From assembly GCA_002269645.1 (NCBI GenBank), contig NIVC01001460.1:50422-100748 (forward strand): a stretch of DNA of 50,327 nucleotides, in the 5' to 3' direction. Below are positions 13,568-26,687 of the stretch, piece after piece. This DNA comes from Macrostomum lignano (Eukaryota). Within the stretch, counting starts at the first letter, position 1; each line of letters starts with the position of its first letter. The position numbers were made by a program, and so were the translations under genes. The notes beneath the pieces are model-generated. The model had not been told where the DNA came from, searched no databases, and saw nothing but the letters and a program-made list of their open reading frames with translations.

Positions 13568-14674
13568 GAAGTTTCGAGTAAAAAACAAAAACTGTTTTGC
13601 TGGTGAGCTGGTAATTAATATTTCTATTTTCCCAAATTATCCGACTGCTCTGATATTCCTCTTCCATTTTCGCATTGAGTCGGCATCCCGAGAACTTCAG
13701 CTCATTAACATGTACTTTACTGCCATCTGGGTCATTGTCCTTGAATTCGTTGGAAATTTCGATTTTTTAAACAAAATTTTCAGTGTAACATTTTGTTATA
13801 AATGTCTCATTATCGAATTTAGCAAATTCCGCTTCATCAGTAGCTTACTGACCGCTTTCGCACTCGGATATTTTATGACTTCACGGTGCTTCAGTTCCAC
13901 CGCGTTTTGACTGCTGCAGTAGAAATGGTAAAATACCATTTAGCCAGTCAGCCATATAATTCTGAGATACGAGCATGATGACAATGGCTTATTTTTGTCA
14001 AAATAAGTGAGCGCAGTCTTGAGCCGTAAGGAGCGGGTGGTTAGAGAGGCCAGCTTAACCTCAAGCAGTAATTATGCTATTCTCAGGCTGCACATCGCTC
14101 TTCTAGCCTCCCTGCAACCAGCGATGCTGTGCTCGGTGTGTTTTGAGCAGTGAGCTGGATGGAGTTGCATTCTAGCCAGACTTGTTTTTTGTCTCTGAGA
14201 CAGGGGGTTGGCGTTTCGAGAGGCGTTTCGAGAGGCCTGTATGGGGCAGTTGCCAACTCAAAGCAGTCTCATCGCAATGCAGACAAAGCACTGCCACTGC
14301 TGAGCTGGGTGGGGCCGCTCCAGATGAAGGTTGGAGACTGCAGGCGCGTTTTTAGTGCTTTGCTTTTGCAATGTCGCCTCCGGCGTTTTTGGCAATTTTG
14401 GCTTTGGTTTTTCAAAACGCAAAACGCATTGAAATGAGAGATGAAGGTCATCTGCAGACCCTTACTCAAATTAATAAGCTGTCGCAGGAGGGCTGCAGCC
14501 ACCCTGGCACAACGCCTTCGGCGACCTCAGTCCCACATCCCACGGCAATTCAGCCCATTCCGCTAAATCCTGAGCCATGCAAGCTCGCCAATGCTGTACG
14601 CAGGCACTCATGCACAGTGGTCCCACAGGGTGTACAGCGGCCCTAACTTTCTCATCGTCTAATCAGCTTGGCTG

Positions 14675-15339
14675 CCATCTGCATGTACCCGCCCTGGAGA
14701 TCTGCTCCCTCTTCCATCTGCATGTACCTGCCCCGGAGATCTGCTCCCTCTTCCATCTGCATGTACATCAATCTGCCCTGGAGATCTGCTCCCTCTTCCA
14801 TCTGCATGTACCTGCCCCGGAGATCTGCTCCCTCTTCCATCTGCATGTACATCAATCTGCCCCGGAGATCTGCTCCCTCTTCCATCTGCATGTACATCAA
14901 TCTGCCCCGGAGATCTGCTCCCTCTTCCATCTGCATGTACATCAATCTGCCCCGGAGATCTGCTCCCTCTTCCATCTGCATGTACATCAACCTGCCCCGG
15001 AGATCTGCTCCCTCTTCCATCTGCATGTACATCAACCTGCCCCGGAGATCTGCTCCCTCTTCCATCTGCATGTACATCAATCTGCCCCGGAGATCTGCTC
15101 CCTCTTCCATCTGCATGTACATCAATCTGCCCCGGAGATCTGCTCCCTCTTCCGTCTGCATGTACATCAATCTGCCCCGGAGATCTGCTCCCTCTTCCAT
15201 CTGCATGTACATCAACCTGCCCCGGAGATCTGCTCCCTCTTCCATCTGCATGTACATCAATCTGCCCCGGAGATCTGCTCCCTCTTCCATCTGCATGTAC
15301 ATCAATCTGCCCCGGAGATCTGCTCCCTCTTCCATCTGC
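14675..15339. repeat. 45-bp minisatellite (two early units shortened to 36 bp)
   Basis: Unit ATCAATCTGCCCCGGAGATCTGCTCCCTCTTCCATCTGCATGTAC, about 15 copies. Confidence 0.97.
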
Positions 15340-15515
15340 GGCTATCCAACAGCCATGAAACAAGGCCGGCTCCCAAGCCACAGAGAGTGAACTCAGGGCC
15401 GCTGTACACTCTGTGTGAGCATTGCGTATGAGTGCTGTGCCTGCGTACAGTATTGGAGCGCTTGCAGGTGCTCCATCAGGATCTGGGCGCGGCCATCAGC
15501 AGCCAATTTCAATAA

Positions 15516-16820
15516 TCAAAATTTCAACCGCCTGGCTTTGCTTTGCCTTCAAGCAGAAATCGCTCTGAAGTGCTCCTTTACTTCACCGCCAGCCGCCAAC
15601 ATTGAAAAGCAAATTCGCATTTTCAAGCGGCTTCAATTCAGCTCATCAGTGTTTTCACCTGCGGTTTCTGATCACCGGAGTTGAGCAATAAAAAGGCTTC
15701 AGTCCTTAATTACCGCAGTGTGAGCTCTGGAGAAGCGCAGCTTGCAGCGGAGCGGAAAAAGCAGCCACCTCTACTCGTCTCAACCGCAGCCACCCGAGCA
15801 GCCCAGCTCCAGACCAGCCCAACTCAATGCTCAGAGGACAATGGGTGAATGCTGAGGTTTGAGGGCCGAGCCAGCAGCCTGCGAACGCGTGGCACAGAAG
15901 GCTCGCAGCAAATGCTTTGGGTAGGGGGGGGGGGGCTGATGTTTGTCTAGCAATGGCACAAAGAGAAGCTGTGTGAGCGCCAACCCTGCCTGCTCAAAGC
16001 ATTCATTGCCTGTGCGTTCTCAGCGAGACTATAGAGAACTCACTGCCTTGAGTATTCGGTTTGGAGAGTTTGAGATGAGGGCCTCGCAGACTCATAAGAA
16101 TAATAATAGGGGCTTTAAAGGCCGGCCTGCTTGGCTGTCCCTCTGTATTAAGATAGCAGAAAAATAAGCTTTTGTGTGCAGCATGGCAGACATTCAACTC
16201 ATTGGACAATTAAATGCTCACTAATTCATTTTCTAGACAGAATAGGTTATTATTTTTGCAGGTATTTGTTTAAATGGGTACCGCAAGCATTCTGATTGAT
16301 TGATTTGTTCGTGAATTAATCGATTTTTTATTGATTTCATGATTGGCTGCTTTTGCTGATGCCCTGGTGCTGGCACTCCTTGTAGAATATCATTCTTAAC
16401 TTTATTGCAAGACATTTAATACTGTTTTGTGTAGAGAACCGTTTCTTAGAAAGTGTTTATTAAGGAGGCTGGTTCTCGCCGTAAATACACTACAAAGGAA
16501 GGAACTTTTTCACTTTTTATGTAATAATCGTTATTGCTTTAGATGGGAGGCAAAACCACTGTCCATATTTTGATATGTTTTGCCTTTCTTACAGCACTAT
16601 TGATATTCATAAAGCTTTTTGTGTTTGTGGAAATACTCGATAATCATATTCAGCTTTCTTGTTTAATTTTTCGGCTGCTTTGTCTTCTGAATTTATTTTT
16701 TGTTTAGATCTGTTTTACTCACCTTTATGAAAAGTTTATGTGTGGAAGAAGTTTATTTTTTGATGTGTTAGTGAGTCTGTTTTTTTATTATTTAGTTACA
16801 TAGTTATTTAGTTAGTTCAT
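15516..16820 (+). repeat. Copy 1 of a ~1.3-kb duplicated non-coding element (no tRNA head)
   Basis: TCAAAATTTCAACCGCC...GATGTGTTAGTGAGTC aligns colinearly with 17301-18555, with scattered substitutions and small indels. Confidence 0.92.
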
Positions 16821-17237
16821 TAGGGTGTTTATTTGTTTGTTTTTTAAAAATTCAATTTTTAAGCTATTGCTATCGGTCTTTGACTCGCCAAGTAACTTGG
16901 GCTATTCTACAAATATATCGCTTTCGTTATTGAACAAAAATCACCTCCTGACTTTTGCGTCACGTCAGTTAGTTTGTTAGGAGAATTTTAAGATTCTGAG
17001 GCTGATGGGGAATTTCTGAGATGCTGAGGCTCACGGGGGGGGGGGTTTCTGACAGGCCAAGCATCAAAGGGAGAGAGGAGTTACGGGTTGGGACAATGAC
17101 CTGAGGGGAGTCGCTGAGATGCTAAAGGGGTCAAAGGGGGTCAAAAGGGGTCAAAGGGGCTGCTTATATCTCAGGCTAGAAAGCTGACTTTCACGACCGA
17201 TGCCTTCTGCTCTCAATGATTTCACTGCATTGCCAGA

Positions 17238-17300
17238 GGCAGAGAGGCTCAGCGGTGAACGCGTTTGACTCTCACGCCTCGGTCCCGGGTTCGAATCCGT
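17238..17300 (+). mobile_element. tRNA-derived (Glu-CTC-like) SINE-type head / pseudo-tRNA
   Basis: A-box-like AGGCTCAGCGG, then CTCTCAC..GGTCCCGG, then B box GGTTCGAATCC at 17288-17298. Anticodon and acceptor stems do not pair, so it is not a functional tRNA. Confidence 0.65.
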
Positions 17301-18551
17301 TCAAAATTTCAACCGCCTGACTTTGCCTTCAAGCTGAAATCGCACTGAAGTGCTTCTTTACTTCACCGCCAGCCACATCATTAAAAAGCGAATTCGCATT
17401 TTTGCATCAGTCTTTTCACCTGGGTTTCTGATCACCGGAGTTGAGCAATAAAAAGGCTTCAGTCCTTAATTACCGCAGTGTGAGCACTGGAGAAGCGCAG
17501 CTTGCAGCGGAGCGGAAAAAGCAGCCACCTCTACTCGTCTCAACCGCAGCCATCCAAGCAGCCCAGCTCCAGACCAGCCCAACTCAATGCTCAAAGGACA
17601 ATGGGCGAAAGCTGAGGTTTGAGGGCCGAGCCAGCAGCCTGCGAACGCGTGGCACAGAAGGCTCGCAGCAAATGCTTTGGGTAGGGGGTCTGATGTTTGT
17701 CTAGCAATGGCACAAAGAGAAGCTGTGTGAGCGCCAACCCTGCCTGCTCAAAGCATTCATTGCCGATGCGTTCTCAGCGAGACTATAGAGAACTCACTGC
17801 CTTGAGTATTCGGTTTGGATAGTTTGAGATGAGAGCCTCGAAGACTCATAAGAATAATAATAGGGGCTTTAAAGGCCGGCGTGCTTGGCGGTCCCTCTGT
17901 ATTAAGATAGCAGAAAAATAAGCTTTTGTGTGCAGCATGGCAGACATTCAACTCATTGGACAATTGAATGCTCACTAATTCATTTTCTAGACAGAATAGG
18001 TTATTATTTTTGCAGGTATTTGTTTAAATGGGTGCCGCAGGCATTCTGATTGATTGATTGGTTCGTGAATGATTCGATTTTTTATTGATTTATGATTGGC
18101 TGCTTCTGCTGATGCCCTGGTGCTGGCACTCCTTGTAGATTATCATTCTTAACTTTATCGCAAGACATTTAATACTGTTTTGTGCAGAGAAACGTTTCTT
18201 AGAAAGTGTTTATTAAGAAGACAGGTTTTCGCCGTAAATACACTGGCTACACTGCCTACAGAGATAGGAAGTTTTCACTTTTTTCGTATGAAAATTGTAT
18301 TGCTTTCGATAGGAGGCAGACCCAATGTTGAATATTTTGATATGTTTTGTCTTCCTTATACCTCTATTGATATTCGTAAAGCTTTTTGTGTTTGTGAAAA
18401 TACTCCATAATCATATTCAGCTTTCTTGTTCAATATTTCGGCTGCTTTGCCTTTTGAATTTATTTTGTTTAGATCTGTTTTACTCACCTTAATGGAAACT
18501 TCATCTGCGGAAGTTAATTTCTTTGATGTGTTAGTGAGTCAGTTTGTTTTT

Positions 18552-18555
<4 letters not shown>
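17301..18555 (+). repeat. Copy 2 of the ~1.3-kb duplicated element
   Basis: Colinear with 15516-16820. Begins directly after the tRNA-like head and ends in the (TTAG)n tract. Confidence 0.92.
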
Positions 18556-18877
<322 letters not shown>

Positions 18878-18949
18878 ATTAATATTAAAAATACATTTCA
18901 TGCGTGTTTATGCCTCAATAAAATGCGTTTTTTCTTCATCTCTCACATT

Positions 18950-19240
18950 GCCTCCCCTGTCTCCCCCCTCTCTCTGTCTCTTCCCATCTCTCCTCTCTCT
19001 CTGTCTCTTCCCATCTCTCCCCCTCTCTCTCTGTCTCTTCCCATCTCTCCCCTCTCTCTGTCTCTTCCCATCTCTCCCCTCTCTCTGTCTCTTCCCATCT
19101 CTCCCCTCTCTCTGTCTCTTCCCATCTCTCCCCCTTTCTCTCTGTCTCTTCCCATCTCCCCCCTCTCTCTGTCTCTTCCCATCTCTCCCCCTTTCTCTCT
19201 GTCTCTTCCCATCTTCCCCCTCTCTCTGTCTCCTCCTGTA
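18950..19240. repeat. CT-rich ~27-bp minisatellite
   Basis: CTCTCTCTGTCTCTTCCCATCTCTCCC-type units. The preceding ~70-bp flank is also repeated at 20870-20940. Confidence 0.9.
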
Positions 19241-19647
19241 ATAGGTCGTTTTGTCGGTAGTCTCTGATGGCCTCTCACACCAACTACCTTACACGCCTGC
19301 TACCCCTCTGCCACGACAGACAGAAGCTTCGAAGAACTGAGACAAGTCATTTTCTTAGTTTGAGCTCAAACTCTACTAAACTCGGCCGTGGAGAGCCTCG
19401 GCTCTTTCAATTGCATTGTATTTATAATGCTCAGCATTGTGCTCGGGGGCAGTGTTGGGGTGGTGGCGTGATATTTTTCCGCCTCACAAATCTTATGTGC
19501 TTTTTTGCATAGTTAGGTAGTTATATAAATTAACACAGAGAGGGCATGCATTGTCTGCGTGGCTGTTTTAGTGCAGGCAAATGGGTGGGTCTAACATTAA
19601 ATATCTACGATAAGTTTCTAATAGCATATCAGCGTTTTGAACTCTGA

Positions 19648-20742
19648 TACAGTGCAGGCCTTTGGCTTCCAAATGGTTAACTTGCACTTTTCCATGGCTG
19701 TTTGCTGACACAGTGCAGGCCTCTGGCTTCCAAATGGTTAACTTGCACTTTTCCATGGCTGTTTGCTGACACAGTGCAGGCCTCTGGCTTCCAAATGGTT
19801 AACTTGCACTTTTCCATGGCTGTTTGCTGACACAGTGCAGGCCTCTGGCTTCCAAATGGTGAACTTGCACTTTTCCATGGCTGTTTGCTGACACAGTGCA
19901 GGCCTCTGGCTTCCAAATGGTTAACTTGCACTTTTCCATGGCTGTTTGCTGACACAGTGCAGGCCTCTGGCTTCCAAATGGTGAACTTGCACTTTTCCAT
20001 GGCTGTTTGCTGACACAGTGCAGGCCTCTGGCTTCCAAATGGTTAACTTGCACTTTTCCATGGCTGTTTGCTGACACAGTGCAGGCCTCTGGCTTCCAAA
20101 TGGTTAACTTGCACTTTTCCATGGCTGTTTGCTGACACAGTGCAGGCCTCTGGCTTCCAAATGGTTAACTTGCACTTTTCCATGGCTGTTTGCTGACACA
20201 GTGCAGGCCTCTGGCTTCCAAATGGTGAACTTGCACTTTTCCATGGCTGTTTGCTGACACAGTGCAGGCCTCTGGCTTCCAAATGGTGAACTTGCACTTT
20301 TCCATGGCTGTTTGCTGACACAGTGCAGGCCTCTGGCTTCCAAATGGTTAACTTGCACTTTTCCATGGCTGTTTGCTGACACAGTGCAGACCTTTGGCTT
20401 CCAAATGGTGAACTTGCACTTTTTCATGGCTGTTTGCTGACACAGTGCAGGCCTCTGGCTTCCAAATGGTGAACTTGCACTTTTCCATGGCTGTTTGCTG
20501 ACACAGTGCAGGCCTCTGGCTTCCAAATGGTAAACTTGCACTTTTCCATGGCTGTTTGCTGACACAGTGCAGGCCTCTGGCTTCCAAATGGTTAACTTGC
20601 ACTTTTCCATGGCTGTTTGCTGACACAGTGCAGGCCTCTGGCTTCCAAATGGTTAACTTGCACTTTTCCATGGCTGTTTGCTGACACAGTGCAGGCCTCT
20701 GGCTTCCAAATGGTTAACTTGCACTTTTCCATGGCTGTTTGC
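19648..20742. repeat. 61-bp tandem repeat (~18 copies)
   Basis: Unit ACAGTGCAGGCCTCTGGCTTCCAAATGGTTAACTTGCACTTTTCCATGGCTGTTTGCTGAC. CTTGCAC recurs at 19681 and 19742. Confidence 0.97.
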
Positions 20743-20929
20743 TATCTTGATTGCAGTAAGCTTAATCTTTTATATAAGCAGCAAACAGAATTTTGTAAAT
20801 GCAAAAATTTTTTATTTATGATTTTGTGTGTACTTGTGCTTTGTTTTTATTGCGCACAGTTAAAATCAAAAATAAATTTCATGCGTGTTTGTGCCTTAAT
20901 AAAATGCGTTTTTTCTTCTTGTCTCACTT

Positions 20930-21150
20930 TGCCTCCCCTGTCTCCCCCTCTCTCTGTCTCCTCCCATCTCTCTCCCCTCTCTCTGTCTCCTCCCATCTCT
21001 CTCCCCCTCTCTGTCTCTTCCCATCTCTCTCCCCCTCTCTCTGTCTCTTCCCATCTCTCTCCCCCTCTCTCTGTCTCTTCCCATCTCTCTCCCCCTCTCT
21101 CTGTCTCCTCCCATCTCTCTCCCCCTCTTTTTCTGTCTCTCTGTCTCGAC
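20930..21150. repeat. CT-rich minisatellite, same family as 18950-19240
   Basis: CCCCTCTCTCTGTCTCTTCCCATCTCTCT units preceded by the shared flank TTTCATGCGTGTTT...AATAAAATGCGTTTTTTCTTC. Confidence 0.88.
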
Positions 21151-21373
21151 TCACACCAATTGTGTACATACTTACCGTACGCTCTCTATCCACCTGTCTA
21201 CTCTCTCTCCCCTCTAACCTCGCCTATCTAGTAACTTTTACAACGCCACTTGTCGCTAATTTTCACTTGACCTGACGAAGAAATACAATAATTTGGAATA
21301 TCGGCAATTCAATTGAACTGACTTTTTCCAGTCCTTTCTACCGTGTCAGTGCCTGAGATTGGAGGTGCCATCC

Positions 21374-21416
<43 letters not shown>

Positions 21417-21487
21417 GTCTCTCTCTGCCTATATTTGTAGCTCTTAACTTACAGCCCTGAATTCGAAATATCGGCAATTAAATTAGG

Positions 21488-24327
21488 TGTGAGGTGTGAT
21501 TCTGAGGTGTGATTCTGAGGTTTGATTCTCTTTGAGGTGTGATTCTCTCTGAGGTGTGATTCTCTCTGAGGTGTGATTCTCTCTGAGGTGTGATTCTCTC
21601 TGAGGTGTGATTCTCTCTGAGGTGTGATTCTCTCTGAGGTGTGATTCTCTCTGAGGTGTGATTCTCTCTGAGGTGTGATTCTCTCTGAGGTGTGATTCTC
21701 TCTGAGGTGTACTTCTCTCTGAGGTGTGATTCTCTGAGGTGTGATTCTCTGTGAGGTGTGATTCTCTCTGAGGTGTGATTCTCTCTGAGGTGTGATTCTC
21801 TCTGAGGTGTGATTCTCTCTGAGGTGTGATTCTCTCTGAGGTGTGATTCTCTCTGAGGTGTGATTCTCTCTGAGGTGTGATTCTCTCTGAGGTGTGATTC
21901 TCTCTGTGGTGTGATTCTCTCTGAGGTGTGCTTCTCTGAGGTGTGATTCTCTGTGAGGTGTGATTCTCTGAGGTGTGATTCTCTGTGAGGTGTGATTCTC
22001 TGTGAGGTGTGATTCTCTCTGAGGTGTGATTCTCTCTGAGGTGTGATTCTCTCTGAGGTGTTATTCTCTCTGTGGTGTGATTCTCTCTGAGGTGTGATTC
22101 TCTCAGGTGTGATTCTCTCTGTTGGTGTGATTCTCTCTGAGGTGTGATTCTCTGTGAGGTGTGATTCTCTGTGAGGTGTGATTCTCTCTGAGGTGTGATT
22201 CTCTCTGAGGTGTGATTCTCTCTGAGGTGTTATTCTCTCTGTGGTGTGATTCTCTCTGAGGTGTGATTCTCTCAGGTGTGATTCTCTCTGTGGTGTGATT
22301 CTCTCTGAGGTGTGATTCTCTCTGAGGTGTGATTCTCTCTGAGGTGTGATTCTCTCTGAGGTGTGATTCTCTGTGAGGTGTGATTCTCTGTGAGGTGTGA
22401 TTCTCTCTGAGGTGTGATTCTCTCTGAGGTGTGATTCTCTCTGAGGTGTTATTCTCTCTGTGGTGTGATTCTCTCTGAGGTGTGATTCTCTCAGGTGTGA
22501 TTCTCTCTGTGGTGTGATTCTCTCTGAGGTGTGATTCTCTCTGAGGTGTGATTCTCTCTGAGGTGTGATTCTCTCTGAGGTGTGATTCTCTCTGTTGGTG
22601 TGATTCTCTCTGAGGTGTGATTCTCTCTGAGGTGTGATTCTCTCTGAGGTGTGATTCTCTCTGAGGTGTGATTCTCTCTGAGGTGTGATTCTCTCTGTGG
22701 TGTGATTCTCTCTGAGGTGTGCTTCTCTGAGGTGTGATTCTCTGTGAGGTGTGATTCTCTGAGGTGTGATTCTCTGTGAGGTGTGATTCTCTGTGAGGTG
22801 TGATTCTCTCTGAGGTGTGATTCTCTCTGAGGTGTGATTCTCTCTGAGGTGTTATTCTCTCTGTGGTGTGATTCTCTCTGAGGTGTGATTCTCTCAGGTG
22901 TGATTCTCTCTGTTGGTGTGATTCTCTCTGAGGTGTGATTCTCTCTGAGGTGTGATTCTCTCTGAGGTGTGATTCTCTCTGAGGTGTGATTCTCTCTGAG
23001 GTGTGATTCTCTCTGTGGTGTGATTCTCTCTGAGGTGTGCTTCTCTGAGGTGTGATTCTCTGTGAGGTGTGATTCTCTGAGGTGTGATTCTCTGTGAGGT
23101 GTGATTCTCTGTGAGGTGTGATTCTCTCTGAGGTGTGATTCTCTCTGAGGTGTGATTCTCTCTGAGGTGTTATTCTCTCTGTGGTGTGATTCTCTCTGAG
23201 GTGTGATTCTCTCAGGTGTGATTCTCTCTGTTGGTGTGATTCTCTCTGAGGTGTGATTCTCTGTGAGGTGTGATTCTCTGTGAGGTGTGATTCTCTCTGA
23301 GGTGTGATTCTCTCTGAGGTGTGATTCTCTCTGAGGTGTGATTCTCTCTGAGGTGTGATTCTCTCTGAGGTGTACTTCTCTCTGAGGTGTGATTCTCTGA
23401 GGTGTGATTCTCTGTGAGGTGTGATTCTCTCTGAGGTGTGATTCTCTCTGAGGTGTGATTCTCTCTGAGGTGTGATTCTCTCTGAGGTGTGATTCTCTCT
23501 GAGGTGTGATTCTCTCTGAGGTGTGATTCTCTCTGAGGTGTGATTCTCTCTGAGGTGTGATTCTCTCTGTGGTGTGATTCTCTCTGAGGTGTGCTTCTCT
23601 GAGGTGTGATTCTCTGTGAGGTGTGATTCTCTGAGGTGTGATTCTCTGTGAGGTGTGATTCTCTGTGAGGTGTGATTCTCTCTGAGGTGTGATTCTCTCT
23701 GAGGTGTGATTCTCTCTGAGGTGTTATTCTCTCTGTGGTGTGATTCTCTCTGAGGTGTGATTCTCTCAGGTGTGATTCTCTCTGTTGGTGTGATTCTCTC
23801 TGAGGTGTGATTCTCTGTGAGGTGTGATTCTCTGTGAGGTGTGATTCTCTCTGAGGTGTGATTCTCTCTGAGGTGTGATTCTCTCTGAGGTGTTATTCTC
23901 TCTGTGGTGTGATTCTCTCTGAGGTGTGATTCTCTCAGGTGTGATTCTCTCTGTGGTGTGATTCTCTCTGAGGTGTGATTCTCTCAGGTGTGATTCTCTC
24001 TGTTGGTGTGATTCTCTCTGAGGTGTGATTCTCTGTGAGGTGTGATTCTCTGTGAGGTGTGATTCTCTCTGAGGTGTGATTCTCTCTGAGGTGTGATTCT
24101 CTCTGAGGTGTTATTCTCTCTGTGGTGTGATTCTCTCTGAGGTGTGATTCTCTCAGGTGTGATTCTCTCTGTGGTGTGATTCTCTCTGAGGTGTGATTCT
24201 CTCTGAGGTGTGATTCTCTCTGAGGTGTGATTCTCTCTGAGGTGTGATTCTCTCTGTTGGTGTGATTCTCTCTGAGGTGTGATTCTCTCTGAGGTGTGAT
24301 TCTCTCGGAGGTGTGATTCTCTCTGGG
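21488..24327. repeat. 17-bp minisatellite GAGGTGTGATTCTCTCT with higher-order duplication
   Basis: About 165 units. Rare variants recur 1663 bp apart (GTACTT at 21711/23374; GTGCTT at 21931/23594). Confidence 0.97.
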
Positions 24328-24493
24328 TTCTGAGGATCAGTGGATTATCTAGCAATAAGACTATCTGGGTCAATTATTAGGAAAAGGCATGGTATTCTAC
24401 TTCAAGTGTGACTCTAAGAGGTGAAATGATTCCGTTTTAACAGCCTGATTATTGAATCAAAAGCGTGATATTTTATGAGATTGACAGGCTCAC

Positions 24494-24940
24494 TTATCCA
24501 CCCTATCGATCGGCTGATTAGCGGTCGGCCCAAGCGACCCGATGCAGATCACAAAACAGCCGATGCCCACGTCCATCAGCCCTGTGCCGAAATTGAGCGT
24601 CTTGCTGAAATCGTTATTCCAGCAGGGCTGGTCCCTAGCGAAGATGCACACAGTTGTGCTGATGTACACCATGGATCGGTAGATCGCCAGCAAGTCATTG
24701 TACGGAGGTCTGGATAGCTTCTTCGCTCCATTGTCAGCTATGGCATGAGTAGTGATGGGCAGAGTTGATGAGGCAGCAGACCCCTGAGACAGGCTCTTGT
24801 GCAGCAGGCAGCCGAGGTAGGTCACCACGCAGACGGCATTGAAGGCCAAGGAAAAGATGGCGTAGCGCTCTATTGGGAAGTCGGTCACGCAGATCACGAA
24901 TGGGATTGTCAGAATGCAGAATTGAAGCCAGGATGCTGGG
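24494..24940 (-). CDS. PIGW: PIG-W/GWT1 (GPI inositol acyltransferase)-like internal exon
   Basis: Acceptor CTCCAG| at 24941 and donor AA|GTGAGC at 24493. Encodes hydrophobic WLQFCILTIPFVICVT...YRSMVYISTTVCIFARD...FSKTLNFGTGLMDVGIGCFV, matching the PIG-W YR...FAKTExxGxxLMDxGVGxFV block, though divergent. Confidence 0.75.
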
Positions 24941-25039
24941 CTGGAGTTTCAGCAAATGGCTTGCTTAGTAGGTTTTCGGGTTGTGGTGGGTTATTGTGCT
25001 TGGTTGTCCCCCGATTCTGTGTTTGGGGTAATTCTAAAG

Positions 25040-26370
25040 TTGGGGCGATTCTGTGGTTGGGGCGATTCTGTGGTTGGGGCGATTCTATGGTTGGGGCGAT
25101 TCTATGGTTGGGGCGATTCTATGGTTGGGGGGATTCTATGGTTGGGGGGATTCTATGGTTGGGGCGATTCTATGGTTGGGGCGATTCTATGGTTGGGGCG
25201 ATTCTATGGTTGGGGCGATTCTATGGTTGTGGCGATTCTATGGTTGGGGCGATTCTGTGGTTGAGGCGATTCTATGATCGGGGCGATTCTATGGTTGGGG
25301 CGATTCTATGGTTGGGGCGATTCTATGGTTGGGGCAATTCTATGGTTGGGGCGATTCTATGGTTGGGGCGATTCTATGGTTGGGGCGATTCTATGGTTGG
25401 GGCGATTCTATGGTTGTGGCGATTCTATGGTTGGGGCGATTCTATGGTTGGGGCGATTCTATGGTTGGGGCGATTCTATGGTTGGGGCAATTCTATGGTT
25501 GGGGCGATTCTATGGTTGGGGCGATTCTATGGTTGGGGCGATTCTATGGTTGGGGCGATTCTATGGTTGTGGCGATTCTATGGTTGGGCGATTCTATGGT
25601 TGGGGCGATTCTATGGTTGGGGCGATTCTATGGTTGGGGCGATTCTATGGTTGGGGCAATTCTATGGTTGGGGCGATTCTATGGTTGGGGCGATTCTATG
25701 GTTGGGGCGATTCTATGGTTGGGGCGATTCTATGGTTGGGGCGATTCTATGGTTGGGCGATTCTATGGTTGGGGCGATTCTATGGTTGGGGCGATTCTAT
25801 GGTTGGGGCGATTCTATGGTTGGGGCGATTCTATGGTTGTGGCGATTCTATGGTTGTGGCGATTCTATGGTTGGGGCGATTCTGTGGTTGAGGCGATTCT
25901 ATGATCGGGGCGATTCTATGGTTGGGGCGATTCTATGGTTGGGGCGATTCTATGGTTGGGGCAATTCTATGGTTGGGGCGATTCTATGGTTGGGGCGATT
26001 TTATGGTTGGGGCGATTCTATGGTTGGGGCGATTCTATGGTTGTGGCGATTCTATGGTTGGGGCGATTCTATGGTTGGGGCGATTCTATGGTTGGGGCGA
26101 TTTTATGGTTGTGGCGATTCTATGGTTGGGCGATTCTATGGTTGGGGCGATTCTATGGTTGGGGCGATTCTATGGTTGGGGCGATTCTATGGTTGTGGCG
26201 ATTCTATGGTTGGGCGATTTTATGGTTGGGGCGATTCTATGGTTGGGGCAATTCTATGGTTGTGGCGATTCTATGGTTGGGCGATTCTATGGTTGGGGCG
26301 ATTCTATGGTTGGGGCGATTCTATGGTTGTGGCGATTCTATGGTTGGGCGATTCTATGGTTGGGGCGATT
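25040..26370. repeat. 17-bp minisatellite GGTTGGGGCGATTCTAT
   Basis: About 78 units. The variant TTGAGGCGATTCTATGATCGGGG recurs at 25261 and 25888 (627-bp internal duplication). Confidence 0.97.
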
Positions 26371-26687
26371 CATCCATAGAACTATGAATAAATAAATCAT
26401 AGTCTAATACTGTGCATGTATTTCTGAGATCTACTTTGTTTCACTTCGATCCCCTACTTAGTATCTGTGTATCAGTAGTATATTCAGTACGCTGGTATGA
26501 TTTTCTTCTAGTTCACTTTTTAAAAAGTCCTTTAAAATAATTTCAAAGTCTCAGTTTTGACAGGATGAACAAGTAAAAAACAAATTGCTTGGCTCACTGA
26601 TCAGATAGCAAAGAGATGTAGTCAATATTCATTTTCAGGTACTTATAATTAAGACAAAGATAAATATTCTTGTGTTCTATCTGTGAT

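Noticed and set aside
14577-15431. Long ORFs in several frames (MEEGADLRGRL..., HQSAPEICSLFHLH...)
   Set aside because: Translations of a 45-bp minisatellite that are open in several frames on both strands, with no splice or codon support.
17238-17300. Functional tRNA-Glu gene
   Set aside because: Acceptor, anticodon and T stems do not pair; only the Pol III boxes remain.
18900-21275. ORFs over the CT-rich and 61-bp repeats
   Set aside because: Purely repeat-derived translations.
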